Positions 1 through 9,583 of a stretch of DNA of 64,000 nucleotides are shown here, in pieces. The DNA is from an uncultured Gammaproteobacteria bacterium (GTDB lineage: Bacteria > Patescibacteriota > Microgenomatia > Levybacterales > UBA12049), in assembly GCA_964515545.1 (NCBI GenBank), contig CAZERI010000001.1, forward strand, positions 205,553-269,552, in the 5' to 3' direction. Position 1 is the stretch's first letter, and each line of letters begins with the position of its first letter. A model generated the notes under the pieces. The model was not told the DNA's origin. It saw nothing but the letters and a program-made list of their open reading frames with translations, and made no database searches. The position numbers and the translations under genes were made by a program.

Positions 1-6
1 TTCTTT

Positions 7-834
7 GTGGGTTTGGGGATATATCAGTTTTTTAGTCTCAATGATGGCTATCTCCACGTAACAGTATGTGATGTGGGGCAGGGGGACGCTGTGATTATCC
101 GTACGCCCAAGCATAAGACGCTTCTTTTTGATGGAGGTCCTGGTAGCAGCGTCATAAAATGCCTCAGAGAGGCCCTTCCATTGTGGGAACGCAAGATTGA
201 TCTGGTAGTCCTTTCGCATCCTCATGCAGACCATCTCAACGGCTTAGTGGATGTGTTAAAAACCTACTCTGTTAAGCAATTTGCTACAGAAGATTTAGCT
301 AATACATCAGGTGGGTATAAAGCCTTACAAGAGATGGTAGGAAAACAAAAACTGGTGTGGCAAACGTTGAGTAGCGGAGATAAAATCAAGCTCGATTCAG
401 GGATAAATCTGAGAGTTATAGGTCCGACAAAAGAATTCTTGAGGAGAACTGCAGTGAGTGGCAAATACATCACTTCTTCAGAGTTCGCCTCCCTTGAACT
501 CCTTCTCACGTATAAAAACTTCAGGTTTTTTCTGACTGGTGATAGCCAGTATCAAGAAATGGGAGAAGCTGTAGCTCTCTATAAGGATCAGCTAAGGGGA
601 ATAACGGTTCTTCAGGTTCCGCATCATGGCTCCCGAACTGGTCTTACTCCTGAGATCCTGGCTGTTCTTCATCCGAAGCTGGCTACCATCTCAGTCGGTG
701 AGCACAACTCATACGGTCATCCGGCTCCTAATACTCTTAGCTCCCTGCAGAATGCTGGGGCTACGATCTACCGCACAGACAAAGAGGGGACATTGAGGCT
801 GATTTCTGATGGTAAGTCCTATAACCTTCGCTAA
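7..834 (+). CDS. ComEC/Rec2-like metallo-beta-lactamase-fold domain protein, 5' partial (ORF runs off window start)
   Basis: Motif VLSHPHADHLNGL..HHGS typical of ComEC C-terminal MBL domain; no start within window. Confidence 0.6.
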   Translation: MGLGIYQFFSLNDGYLHVTVCDVGQGDAVIIRTPKHKTLLFDGGPGSSVIKCLREALPLWERKIDLVVLSHPHADHLNGLVDVLKTYSVKQFATEDLANTSGGYKALQEMVGKQKLVWQTLSSGDKIKLDSGINLRVIGPTKEFLRRTAVSGKYITSSEFASLELLLTYKNFRFFLTGDSQYQEMGEAVALYKDQLRGITVLQVPHHGSRTGLTPEILAVLHPKLATISVGEHNSYGHPAPNTLSSLQNAGATIYRTDKEGTLRLISDGKSYNLR

Positions 835-1007
835 TTTTACCTATAGTTTATATTAGCAATAATATATAACCTTGTATGATTATTAGTATAAAACATGAGC
901 AATATATATCATGTTTGCTATAATTTACTTTGGGAAAGCTAGAGCGCTTAAAAGCGAGTGCAGATGCTTTTACCATTGTTTTTCGCACCTTAGTAAAGGA
1001 TGTTCCA

Positions 1008-1295
1008 ATGAAAGCCCTGACAGATCTCCTCGCTGAGCTTGAGGATGGAGATGAAGTCATCGTCTTCAACCGTAAACCTATCTACCTTCCGAGGCTCAAT
1101 ACCCGACTTGCTGATGAACTCATCCCTTCGAGGCATCACAAGTTCCGCGTCAAGGACGTGAAAGTTGCGGGAGGGAACACAGAGCGTTGGCTGGTGAAGG
1201 GTAGTAAAGGCAAAACCTTCGGCGCTCATATCAAGTGGTGGCAGTGGGCCATTGCTCAACCTCACTTTAGAATCACCATCCATCCTACTTACTAA
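1008..1295 (+). CDS. hypothetical protein (ORF track gives alternative TTG start at 930)
   Basis: ATG at 1008 preceded by AAGGA; -10-like TATAAT at about 918-923; hairpin terminator follows stop. Confidence 0.4.
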   Translation: MKALTDLLAELEDGDEVIVFNRKPIYLPRLNTRLADELIPSRHHKFRVKDVKVAGGNTERWLVKGSKGKTFGAHIKWWQWAIAQPHFRITIHPTY

Positions 1296-1304
1296 TTTGC
1301 GTTG

Positions 1305-1333
1305 GGGTCGGGTCGCATCAGGCGACCCGACCC
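1305..1333 (+). terminator. putative intrinsic terminator hairpin (12-bp perfect stem GGGTCGGGTCGC/GCGACCCGACCC, 5-nt loop)
   Basis: Perfect inverted repeat immediately after stop of 1008..1295; weakly U-rich tail. Confidence 0.5.
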
Positions 1334-1530
1334 AGCACTCTTCTTGTGAAAAATCCCTATTAGCAATTACTATCTCATCATTGCCATTTATCAATTCTCA
1401 GCATTTTGTGTATAAAAACATAATATTGCATACTTATGCATACTTATCTAAGATCAGCATACGAGCTATTCTGTGAAAAATTTTCTTCTTACCTTTTTCT
1501 TACAATAGATAATTTGCAGGCTAGGAAATA

Positions 1531-3276
1531 GTGTATAATTGGAAGGTGAGACAAGACATCCAACAGCTTATCAGTGATAGTTTAGACACACTCGGCATTA
1601 GTGGTCTCCACATCCAAGTAGTACCCACAGTGGATACAAGTCACGGAGACTATGCTACCAATATCGCTTTCCAGGCTGCAAAGAAGCTAGGGAAGTCTCC
1701 ACGAGATGCTGCAGAACTCATCTCCCATGAACTAAGAACTAAGAACAATGAACTGATCGATAAAATAGAAGTTGCTGATCCTGGCTTTATTAATATCACC
1801 CTCAAAGACTCTTCCCTTATAGAAAACCTCCTAAATGAACACAAAAAACGAGGCATACCTAGCCTTGAGGGAAAAAAGATTATGATTGAGTTTACTGACC
1901 CTAACCCTTTTAAGGAATTTCATATTGGTCATCTCTACAGCAATATCGTAGGAGAATCAATCGCCAGAATCCTTGAAGCAGGAGGGGCTGAAGTGAGAAG
2001 GGTTTGTTATCAGGGAGATGTAGGACTTCATGTAGCTAAGGCTCTTTATGGTATGAGCCATCTATTGGAAGACAAAGGATGGACTATCCCAGAGCTTGAG
2101 GATAAATCACTTAAAGAAAGAGCAAATTTTTTGGGTAAAGCATATGCTTTTGGAGCAGCTCACTATGAAGAAGATAATTCAGCTAAAGAAGAGATCATTT
2201 CAATCAACAAAAAAGTTTATGAAAAAGATGCTGGAGTTATGCCTCTCTACAAAGCAGGCAGAACATGGAGCTTGGAATACTTTGAGAGTATTTATCAAAG
2301 GCTGGGTACAAAATTTGAAGAGTATTATTTTGAGAGTGAGGCTGGTCCACGAGGAGTTGATATAGTTAAGAAGTATAAAGATACAGTTTTTGAAGAAAGT
2401 AAGGGGGCTGTCATTTTTCCAGGAGAAAAATATGGTCTTCACACACGAGTCTTTATTAATTCGTTAGGGCTTCCCACCTATGAAGCTAAAGAGCTCGGAC
2501 TTGCGGTTACTAAGTATAACGATTACGCCTTTGACACCTCGATTATGATTACCGGAAATGAGATTGATGAGTATTTTAAGGTTCTTCTTAAAGCACTCTC
2601 AATGATTGAGCCAGAGATCGCATCCAGGATGAAACATCTCAGTCATGGCATGGTAAGGCTGCCTGAGGGGAAAATGAGTAGCCGGACTGGCAACGTTGTG
2701 ACAGGTGAATGGCTACTAAATGAGGCAGTACTAAGAGCAAAAGAAAAGATTCAAGAAGTGAGGGAGGGGAGAGATGAAATAGAAAAAGACAACGTCTCCG
2801 AGATGGTAGGAGTAGGGGCTGTCAAATGGGCATTATTGCGATCAGGAATAGGGAAAGATGTCGAGTTCTCATTTGATGAGTCAGTAAGCTTTGAGGGGAA
2901 TTCAGGACCTTATTTGCAGTATACCTATGTGAGAACGCGAAGCGTACTGAACAAATCCGAAATCCGAAATCCGAAATCCGAAACGAACCTGCTTCCTACT
3001 CACTATACCCTCACTCCGGAGGAGCGAAGCTTACTTGTTATGCTTAGTCAGTATTACGATGTAGTCTGTGAGGCAGCTGAGAGATACTCGCCAAGTACTA
3101 TTTCGACATATCTTTTTCATTTAGCCCAGGAATTTAATCTCTTTTACCAAAAGTATCCAATTTTGAAAGAAGAAGGAGATGTCCGTATGTTCCGCTTACA
3201 GCTGACCAAACATGTTGGAGAAACGATTAAAGAGGGGCTATATCTTCTAGGAGTTAAGACACCGGAACGTATGTAA
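1531..3276 (+). CDS. argS: arginine--tRNA ligase
   Basis: HIGH motif (FHIGHLYS), KMSSRTG (KMSKS-like), DALR anticodon-binding C-terminus; 581 aa. Confidence 0.93.
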   Translation: MYNWKVRQDIQQLISDSLDTLGISGLHIQVVPTVDTSHGDYATNIAFQAAKKLGKSPRDAAELISHELRTKNNELIDKIEVADPGFINITLKDSSLIENLLNEHKKRGIPSLEGKKIMIEFTDPNPFKEFHIGHLYSNIVGESIARILEAGGAEVRRVCYQGDVGLHVAKALYGMSHLLEDKGWTIPELEDKSLKERANFLGKAYAFGAAHYEEDNSAKEEIISINKKVYEKDAGVMPLYKAGRTWSLEYFESIYQRLGTKFEEYYFESEAGPRGVDIVKKYKDTVFEESKGAVIFPGEKYGLHTRVFINSLGLPTYEAKELGLAVTKYNDYAFDTSIMITGNEIDEYFKVLLKALSMIEPEIASRMKHLSHGMVRLPEGKMSSRTGNVVTGEWLLNEAVLRAKEKIQEVREGRDEIEKDNVSEMVGVGAVKWALLRSGIGKDVEFSFDESVSFEGNSGPYLQYTYVRTRSVLNKSEIRNPKSETNLLPTHYTLTPEERSLLVMLSQYYDVVCEAAERYSPSTISTYLFHLAQEFNLFYQKYPILKEEGDVRMFRLQLTKHVGETIKEGLYLLGVKTPERM

Positions 3277-3279
3277 TCT

Positions 3280-3465
3280 ATGAGTGAAAGCTTTCATCCA
3301 CGATATAAAAGGCCGAAAAGTCGGAGTGAAGAGCTGGCACGCTATGCTAGAGCTGAAGAGAATCTGGCCCGAAGGCTAGGTGAGTTGCCTCGTAGTCAGA
3401 CAATTTTTGAACGGATCAGGAAGCGAATTATTCCTCCAGGTAAGCAAGAGCAGGACAAAAAATAA
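3280..3465 (+). CDS. small basic hypothetical protein, 61 aa, coupled 3 nt after argS stop
   Basis: ORF only; Arg/Lys-rich; no recognisable domain. Confidence 0.3.
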   Translation: MSESFHPRYKRPKSRSEELARYARAEENLARRLGELPRSQTIFERIRKRIIPPGKQEQDKK

Positions 3466-3516
3466 ATTCACTCATCTATACAGGCTTATAGTTTTATGAT
3501 ATAGTATCTATACTAG

Positions 3517-4269
3517 ATGAGTGAACGTCTTTATGTTCCACGAATTGTAGAAAGTAGAAACCCTCTCTTTCCTCAGACCTACATATCTAAGGATTTCCTT
3601 GTTGCAGGCACGGCTCCTGAGAGCCCTCTGGCAGAGGCAATGTTCAAGCAATTTAATGAACAAGGCTTTGAATGGCTGGAAAGGACTGATTTCTGGATGG
3701 TTATCCGTAACTCACGTGAATTGTTCCAAGGTGATGTAGCGCTGGGAGAGGGGAAAAACCCTCAAGGCATTATCCTTAAGCAATCAAAGCGGAGTGTCTA
3801 TGGCAATGATGTTGCTGCTGTACATGAAGAATTAGCTGCAAATAGGGCATTAGCTCAGGTTATACAAGACTTAAGTGATCAGGGAAGATTTAATGGACTA
3901 ACTGAAGCTTATCCAACCACATCTGTGAAAATAGAACAGCCTATCGGTATGGTCATAGACCGGCGGACAAATGATCGTTATTCGGCTTTTGTCCAGGAGA
4001 CAGGCTATCTCAGTGGTGAAGAGCTCAATTGGATCGAGCCTTTTGATGGAGTACACCTGAGTGAACCCCGTTTATGGAATATGTGGCTGAATTTAGGCTT
4101 TAGCATGGATCGGATAAGAAATGAAGCCCAAAAACGAGGTATGCACGTAGGTGACTGGGGTATGCATCAAGCATTATTTGATGCTGATGCAGAGAAGGGG
4201 CATATGGACGTGGTAATCGTTGATACAGAGCGTGTCCGCCTGTCTAAAACTTACCCGATCTCACGATAA
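3517..4269 (+). CDS. hypothetical protein, 250 aa
   Basis: Clean ORF with normal composition; no motif recognised. Confidence 0.5.
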   Translation: MSERLYVPRIVESRNPLFPQTYISKDFLVAGTAPESPLAEAMFKQFNEQGFEWLERTDFWMVIRNSRELFQGDVALGEGKNPQGIILKQSKRSVYGNDVAAVHEELAANRALAQVIQDLSDQGRFNGLTEAYPTTSVKIEQPIGMVIDRRTNDRYSAFVQETGYLSGEELNWIEPFDGVHLSEPRLWNMWLNLGFSMDRIRNEAQKRGMHVGDWGMHQALFDADAEKGHMDVVIVDTERVRLSKTYPISR

Positions 4270-4318
4270 TCTCCCCCTTGGCAATAGTATTTTAGGAGTG
4301 ATACAATAAACCATTCCT

Positions 4319-5593
4319 ATGAAGTTCACTAAAACGATTCTTCCTAATGGTCTTCGCCTCATAACTGTCCCCATGCCATCTTTCGAGTCTGCAACGGCGC
4401 TTGTCATGGTAGGAGCAGGAAGTCGCTACGAGACTAAAAAAAATAGCGGTATTTCCCATTTCTTAGAACATATGGCCTTTAAGGGAACTGAAAAGCGACC
4501 TACAGCACTTGATATCGCGAGTCTTATTGATGGTATTGGAGGAGAATTTAATGCCTTTACCGGTAAAGAATATACGGGTTATTATGTGAAGTCTGGAAAA
4601 AATAACGTTGAAACAATCTTGGATGTCCTCTCAGATATGCTCAAACACTCCAAATTAGACCCTGTAGAGATTGAAAAGGAAAAGGGTGTGATCGCTGAAG
4701 AAATTAATCTCTATGAGGATATGCCAATGCGAAAAATAGGTGATATTTATGAGGCCCTTCTCTATGGAGATACGCCAATGGGATGGGATATAGCTGGTGA
4801 AAAAAGCATCATTCAGGGTATAACCCGACAGGACTTCGTCTCTTATATGCAAAGCTTGTATAGCCCTCATAATATGACAGTAGTGGTAGCTGGAGGGATT
4901 AATGAAGGTGAAATTCGGGAATTAGTAGGGAAATATTTTGGCGATATGAAACGCTTTGATACGATCAAAGCAGCTCCTATTGTTGAAGATCAGAAAAAGC
5001 CAGCTGTTCTCGTGAAAGAGAAAAAGACCGAGCAGGTTCATATCGCTCTTGGGGTCCGTACAGTTGATCTTAATCACCCAGATAAGTATCCATTATCCGT
5101 CCTTGCCTCGATTATGGGTGGAGGTATGAGTTCTCGTCTCTTTAATGAGGTTCGTGAGAAGCGAGGGCTTGCCTATTACGTGAGGTCTTCTTCAGATGAG
5201 TATATTGACTGCGGAACGCTTGTTTCGACTGCAGGTATTGATCCGAAAAGAGTCACCGATGCAATTAAAGTCATGATTGAGCAGTATCAGCTCATCTCAG
5301 GAGGCAAATTAGCCATTACGCAAGAAGAATTAAAGAAAGCTAAGGAATATATGAAAGGACATTTGGTCTTAGAGCTTGAAGACAGCCGTTCTGTCTCGAC
5401 ATTCTATGCTCATCAGGAGTTAGATGAAGAAGAAGTACTTAATCCCGATGAGGTCTTAAAGAAGATAGATGCCGTTACCATTGATCAGATCGATGAAGTA
5501 GGTAAGAAATACTTTGTGAATGGAGGCCTTAACCTCGCTCTCATTGGCAATTATGAGCATAAAGACCAATTAGAGGAGATAGTTAAGCTGTAG
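4319..5593 (+). CDS. M16 family (pitrilysin/insulinase-like) zinc peptidase
   Basis: Inverted zinc motif HFLEHMAFKGT (HxxEH); length and layout typical. Confidence 0.85.
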   Translation: MKFTKTILPNGLRLITVPMPSFESATALVMVGAGSRYETKKNSGISHFLEHMAFKGTEKRPTALDIASLIDGIGGEFNAFTGKEYTGYYVKSGKNNVETILDVLSDMLKHSKLDPVEIEKEKGVIAEEINLYEDMPMRKIGDIYEALLYGDTPMGWDIAGEKSIIQGITRQDFVSYMQSLYSPHNMTVVVAGGINEGEIRELVGKYFGDMKRFDTIKAAPIVEDQKKPAVLVKEKKTEQVHIALGVRTVDLNHPDKYPLSVLASIMGGGMSSRLFNEVREKRGLAYYVRSSSDEYIDCGTLVSTAGIDPKRVTDAIKVMIEQYQLISGGKLAITQEELKKAKEYMKGHLVLELEDSRSVSTFYAHQELDEEEVLNPDEVLKKIDAVTIDQIDEVGKKYFVNGGLNLALIGNYEHKDQLEEIVKL

Positions 5594-5681
5594 ACAAGCT
5601 GAGCTTGAGTTGGTAGAATACAACTACTAACAACTAGCAAATGTGTTAGCAGTTATTAGTAAGTAGTTAGAGGTTAATAAT

Positions 5682-6194
5682 ATGGATATTGAAAGATCAC
5701 TTATTGTTTTTAAACCAGATGCAGTCCAGAGAGGATTGGTAGGCGAGATCATTACTCGTTTCGAGCGGGCTGGACTCAAAATCGTTGGTATGAAAATGCT
5801 TCATCCTGACTATGACCATTATTTTAAGCATTATGAAGAGATCGGTAAGATGATCACCAGGCGTGGCCAAAAGCCTTTTGATATGACCCTCCAGATGATG
5901 CAGCAGGGTCCAGTTATCGCTATGGTGCTTGAAGGAGTCGGAGCTGTTGCTCTCATTAGAAAAATGGTCGGTACTACAGAGCCGGCAAGTGCTGCTCCAG
6001 GCACTATAAGAGGCGATTACTCACATATCTCATTTGCCTATGCAGACAAAGCAAATGTCGGTGTGCCTAATCTCCTGCACGCATCAGGGGATGTTGAAGA
6101 GGCTAAAAAAGAAATTGCTCATTGGTTCGCAGAGGGGGAGCTCTTTGATTACACAGCTCCTCACGAGGTCCATACTCAAGGTAAAAAGAAATAA
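5682..6194 (+). CDS. ndk: nucleoside-diphosphate kinase
   Basis: ERSLIVFKPDAVQRGLVGEII..., active-site region NLLHASGD; 170 aa. Confidence 0.85.
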   Translation: MDIERSLIVFKPDAVQRGLVGEIITRFERAGLKIVGMKMLHPDYDHYFKHYEEIGKMITRRGQKPFDMTLQMMQQGPVIAMVLEGVGAVALIRKMVGTTEPASAAPGTIRGDYSHISFAYADKANVGVPNLLHASGDVEEAKKEIAHWFAEGELFDYTAPHEVHTQGKKK

Positions 6195-6249
6195 TTCTAC
6201 TCTTCAGCTTCTACTTGAATTTCTTTCATAGACATGATTTTATTAATAT

Positions 6250-7704
6250 ATGCCCGTTTCAAAACGTCTGCTATTTGTTTTGGTATTATTCGGCTGGTTG
6301 GCTTTTGCTCCTCAAAAGGCTCATGCCTTAGGCTTGGTTAATGCCTCAGCTAGCGCCACGACATCCCGGCCTTCAGCCTCATCACCGCTGAACTTATCGA
6401 GCGATCCTTTAACTATCGGTTCTTCAGGAGTAAGTGTCTTTAACAATACCTCAACATATCTCTCTTCAGATTCCGCTAAATTTTTTGACAGTGGATTATT
6501 TTCAGAAAACGTAACTGTTGCTACAACTTCTGCTGATAAGCTTACTGCCTCCTTTACAACCTCAACAACTGTCGCGCATGGAAAGGCAAGTGTCCTTGCA
6601 GTTCCTATAACAGCTATGCATATTATCTCTTTTTCACCTCAGACTGCCGTTCCTATCGGGGGAAAGATTGTGATATCTTATCCGGTTTCAAATAGTTTTG
6701 CGGGTTCTGATACCAATCAAGCTTCTCCTTCTGCTAATACCTGGATGTTTAACGGCCTTAACGGGACCACAGATATCCAGATGAAGACGAGTTTGGGGGC
6801 TGCGACATGTTCATGGTCTCTTTCAGGAGTTACTAACGGCTCAAATAACCAAGTACCTACAGCCACCTGTACGACATCAGGTGCTACTATCCCAGCTGGT
6901 GCTACTGTCTGGGTATTTTTAGGCTGTACTGCAGCTACAGCTGACGCACAAGGCGGAAGGTGTACAGCACAGAAGCCTCTTATCATTAACCCTACTAATA
7001 CCGGTACTAGAGGAACTGCAAGTGTCAAAAGTGTTACCATCTCCACTCAGGATGGTGCTACCAATATTCTAGATCAATCAACGGTAAAGATGGGAACGAT
7101 TGAGTCAGTTTTTGTCGTAGCCCACGTTGATCCTACATTCTCTTTTACTATTGATGGGGTGGCTGCAAGTACTGATATGCATACCGCTCAGACGTGCAGT
7201 ACCTCTTATGCCAATATCTCAACCAATGCCACGTTTGCTTCAACTCCAACTGAGGTTAATCTAGGGACAATCAGCAGCGCGGGTAATACCTATGCTTCTC
7301 AGAAGATGACGCTTCGTTCCAATACCGGAGTGGGTTATGCTATCACGGCAACTGCTAGCGGATTTCTCCTTAACCCCGCCAATGGCTCCTATATCGTCAA
7401 CGCTCAAGGCAATGTAACAGGGAATAATACTCCGGCACCAACTACCATCAGCAGTGTAACCGGTGGCTATGGTATCAACCCCTGTGATGCTAATAGCAGG
7501 GTAAATACTACTACCTGGGGTCAGGCAACGCCTAATTTTGCTAATCCTGCCCCGAATTATTACTATACCTTAGTTAACTATAGCGGTGCTCCTGATCCTA
7601 CTGGTGATATTATTTATAGCGTTTATGGAGTTCGGGCTGGAGGATCGACCCCTCCTGGAGATTATTGGCAGATCATCACATACACCGCCTCAGTAACCTT
7701 CTAA
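6250..7704 (+). CDS. secreted Thr/Ser-rich surface protein; paralog of 17932..19068 and 20029..21108
   Basis: N-terminal signal peptide (LFVLVLFGWLAFAPQKAHA); shared C-terminal beta-strand-like tail; low-complexity T/S/G/N-rich. Confidence 0.6.
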   Translation: MPVSKRLLFVLVLFGWLAFAPQKAHALGLVNASASATTSRPSASSPLNLSSDPLTIGSSGVSVFNNTSTYLSSDSAKFFDSGLFSENVTVATTSADKLTASFTTSTTVAHGKASVLAVPITAMHIISFSPQTAVPIGGKIVISYPVSNSFAGSDTNQASPSANTWMFNGLNGTTDIQMKTSLGAATCSWSLSGVTNGSNNQVPTATCTTSGATIPAGATVWVFLGCTAATADAQGGRCTAQKPLIINPTNTGTRGTASVKSVTISTQDGATNILDQSTVKMGTIESVFVVAHVDPTFSFTIDGVAASTDMHTAQTCSTSYANISTNATFASTPTEVNLGTISSAGNTYASQKMTLRSNTGVGYAITATASGFLLNPANGSYIVNAQGNVTGNNTPAPTTISSVTGGYGINPCDANSRVNTTTWGQATPNFANPAPNYYYTLVNYSGAPDPTGDIIYSVYGVRAGGSTPPGDYWQIITYTASVTF

Positions 7705-7749
7705 TCCTTTGAGTTCTTTTTTCTCAGATGCTAGAATAACAGCTACTAT

Positions 7750-7821
7750 GCCCCTATAGCTCAACGGATAGAGCAGACCCGTCCTAAGGGTAAGATAGAG
7801 GTTCAATTCCTCTTAGGGGTA
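7750..7821 (+). tRNA. tRNA-Arg (anticodon CCT)
   Basis: Cloverleaf by eye: acceptor GCCCCTA/TAGGGGT, D-stem GCTC/GAGC, anticodon loop GTCCTAA, T-arm AGAGG-TTCAATT-CCTCT; no encoded CCA. Confidence 0.7.
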
Positions 7822-7868
7822 CTTGCGTCCTTTGTCTTTCTTCAATAATCCACTACAATTAACTATAT

Positions 7869-8792
7869 ATGCACCACACATCCGGCAACGAATTTGTGAA
7901 GAAGTCCCGTGAGCGTCAGCTAGCCCAAAAAGGTGATATCTATGTAGCGGGAAGTACTCCTGGGCCAGTCTCTTCAGTCTATCTCCCAGAGGAGCATCCT
8001 GCTCCTCGTCCTTCATATAATCCCTCAGGAGATACTTCATCTCCGATAGCTCCTCCGCCTGAAGTCATCACATCAGTCATGACAGGGCGAGAGAAGGCTA
8101 AATTCATGCTGATGAGGACGACTGGTAATTTCTTAGTCCTTTTGTGTCTTTACGGGGTTGTAGCGACCTTTGGGCCAGCACTTTTTTATGAAGCGCAGTT
8201 TCAGCTGATCAAAGCCCGCGGAATTGAATATAAAGTAGCACAAATAAAAAAAGGAGAGTTTAGTTCTTCTTCGGCTCCCAGTAATACCCTTGCTCCTGGT
8301 TTTGGCGATATTATTGCAGGGGCAAAAGAACAAGTTCTCGTTCCTCCTGATACGCAGTTCAGTATTATTATTCCTAAGCTAGGAGCTACGGCTAAAATCT
8401 GGCCCAACGTAGATCCTCTTAAAGAAGATGATTTTCTGCCTAAGCTCCAAAGTGGCGTAGCCCATGCTAAGGGGAGTGTATTTCCTGGCATGGAGGGAAA
8501 TGTCTACTTATTTGCCCATTCGACTGATAATTTTTGGGACGTAGGACGGTATAATGCTGTTTTTTATCTTCTCAAAGATATGCAGCCAGGAGATGCGATT
8601 TCAGTCTATTTTGAAAATACCCGCTACAACTACAAAGTCGATCATACCGTGATCAAGGATCCAAGTGATGTGGATTTACTGATCCATAGTCAGGTTCCGG
8701 GGAAGGAGCAACTTATCCTTCAGACATGCTGGCCTCCTGGAACGACGTGGAAGAGACTCTTTGTAATTGCTACTCCTGAAGGGAAAAGTTAG
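7869..8792 (+). CDS. sortase family transpeptidase (class E-like), N-terminal Pro-rich region plus TM
   Basis: Catalytic His in YLFAHST, LxTC motif LILQTCWP, downstream Arg (TWKRLF). Confidence 0.75.
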   Translation: MHHTSGNEFVKKSRERQLAQKGDIYVAGSTPGPVSSVYLPEEHPAPRPSYNPSGDTSSPIAPPPEVITSVMTGREKAKFMLMRTTGNFLVLLCLYGVVATFGPALFYEAQFQLIKARGIEYKVAQIKKGEFSSSSAPSNTLAPGFGDIIAGAKEQVLVPPDTQFSIIIPKLGATAKIWPNVDPLKEDDFLPKLQSGVAHAKGSVFPGMEGNVYLFAHSTDNFWDVGRYNAVFYLLKDMQPGDAISVYFENTRYNYKVDHTVIKDPSDVDLLIHSQVPGKEQLILQTCWPPGTTWKRLFVIATPEGKS

Positions 8793-8820
8793 AAGTTAGT
8801 TGGTATGAGTTCCTAAGTAC

Positions 8821-8867
8821 GGGATCCCGCTCGTCTTGTCTTGCGACTCGACGAGCGGGTCTATCCC
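8821..8867. terminator. GC-rich hairpin (CCCGCTCGTC/GACGAGCGGG plus outer GGGAT/ATCCC), probable bidirectional terminator between convergent genes
   Basis: Perfect inverted repeats between the sortase stop and the stop of 8875..9096. Confidence 0.5.
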
Positions 8868-8874
8868 GATGCAT

Positions 8875-9096
8875 TCATGAAAGGTGATGGAACTGCAGTA
8901 CCATCGCAGCGGTATTCTGCAGCATCCAGAAGACCAGCCATCCCCAGGCACTCAGGCCGATCGCTGAAACGATCAGGAAGCCTATGAGAGAGGAGATGTC
9001 TTCATCGTCTCCCTTGCGGGGAGTGAACGACGACGGGTCTTTCAGGTACTGCTCGATACGCTCGAACAATTCGTTGTCGGTATCTTTCTCAGCCAT
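8875..9096 (-). CDS. small membrane protein (73 aa), acidic N-terminus plus C-terminal TM; part of GC-rich cassette
   Basis: Start MAEKD preceded by GGAGGAGG SD; hydrophobic C-terminus; GC about 58% by eye. Confidence 0.5.
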   Translation of the reverse strand: MAEKDTDNELFERIEQYLKDPSSFTPRKGDDEDISSLIGFLIVSAIGLSAWGWLVFWMLQNTAAMVLQFHHLS

Positions 9097-9213
9097 GGTA
9101 TCCTCCTCCGGGTTCGCACCCTGAAGCGCCTGGATCATTGGCCAGGAGGTTGAAAAGCCAGCCGAAGAAGGCGACTAGGCCAGCGAGGCCGAGCCACCAG
9201 ATCAATCGTCGTT

Positions 9214-9474
9214 TCATCGGTGCTCCTTTGCGCGAAGCGAGCGACGCTGGGTCGTCCAACGCTTCAACCAGTCTCCAATCCAGTTGAAGTAGAGATAGGT
9301 GAAGCCTAGCATTAGCACCAACGGTACGGTGATTCCCCAGAGGAGAATCCGTACCATAAGCACATCGTCGTTAAAGTGGGGAGCTATGAAGCAGAACCCC
9401 AAAAAAACGACGATCGCGGAGATTGCGTACGGCCAGCCGTTCTGGTAGAGTGGCTTCCGTGTTTGTTCAGCCAT
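9214..9474 (-). CDS. small membrane protein (86 aa), two TM helices; part of GC-rich cassette
   Basis: Start MAEQTRKP preceded by GGAG; the ORF track shows a longer ORF to 9507 but the SD favours 9474. Confidence 0.5.
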   Translation of the reverse strand: MAEQTRKPLYQNGWPYAISAIVVFLGFCFIAPHFNDDVLMVRILLWGITVPLVLMLGFTYLYFNWIGDWLKRWTTQRRSLRAKEHR

Positions 9475-9583
9475 CTTTTTTCTCCTTTGTGGGGCTGGAT
9501 TTCTCAAAAAGCCACCAGATACGGTGGACTTCGCAGAGGAAGGCCACCACGATGAGAAGACCGATTCCTATGACTGTTTCCAC
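9467..9583 (-). CDS. possible 38-aa hydrophobic peptide (GTG start) whose stop overlaps the start of 9214..9474 (GATGGCTGA)
   Basis: Hand translation VETVIGIGLLIVVAFLCEVHRIWWLFEKSSPTKEKKDG; AGGAGA upstream; below the 60-aa ORF-track cutoff. Confidence 0.3.
   Translation of the reverse strand: METVIGIGLLIVVAFLCEVHRIWWLFEKSSPTKEKKDG

Noticed and set aside
990-1394. 134-aa minus-strand ORF overlapping the 1008..1295 plus-strand gene and the terminator hairpin
   Set aside because: It is antisense to an ORF with promoter, SD and terminator context, and it runs through the perfect hairpin. I judged it a shadow ORF.
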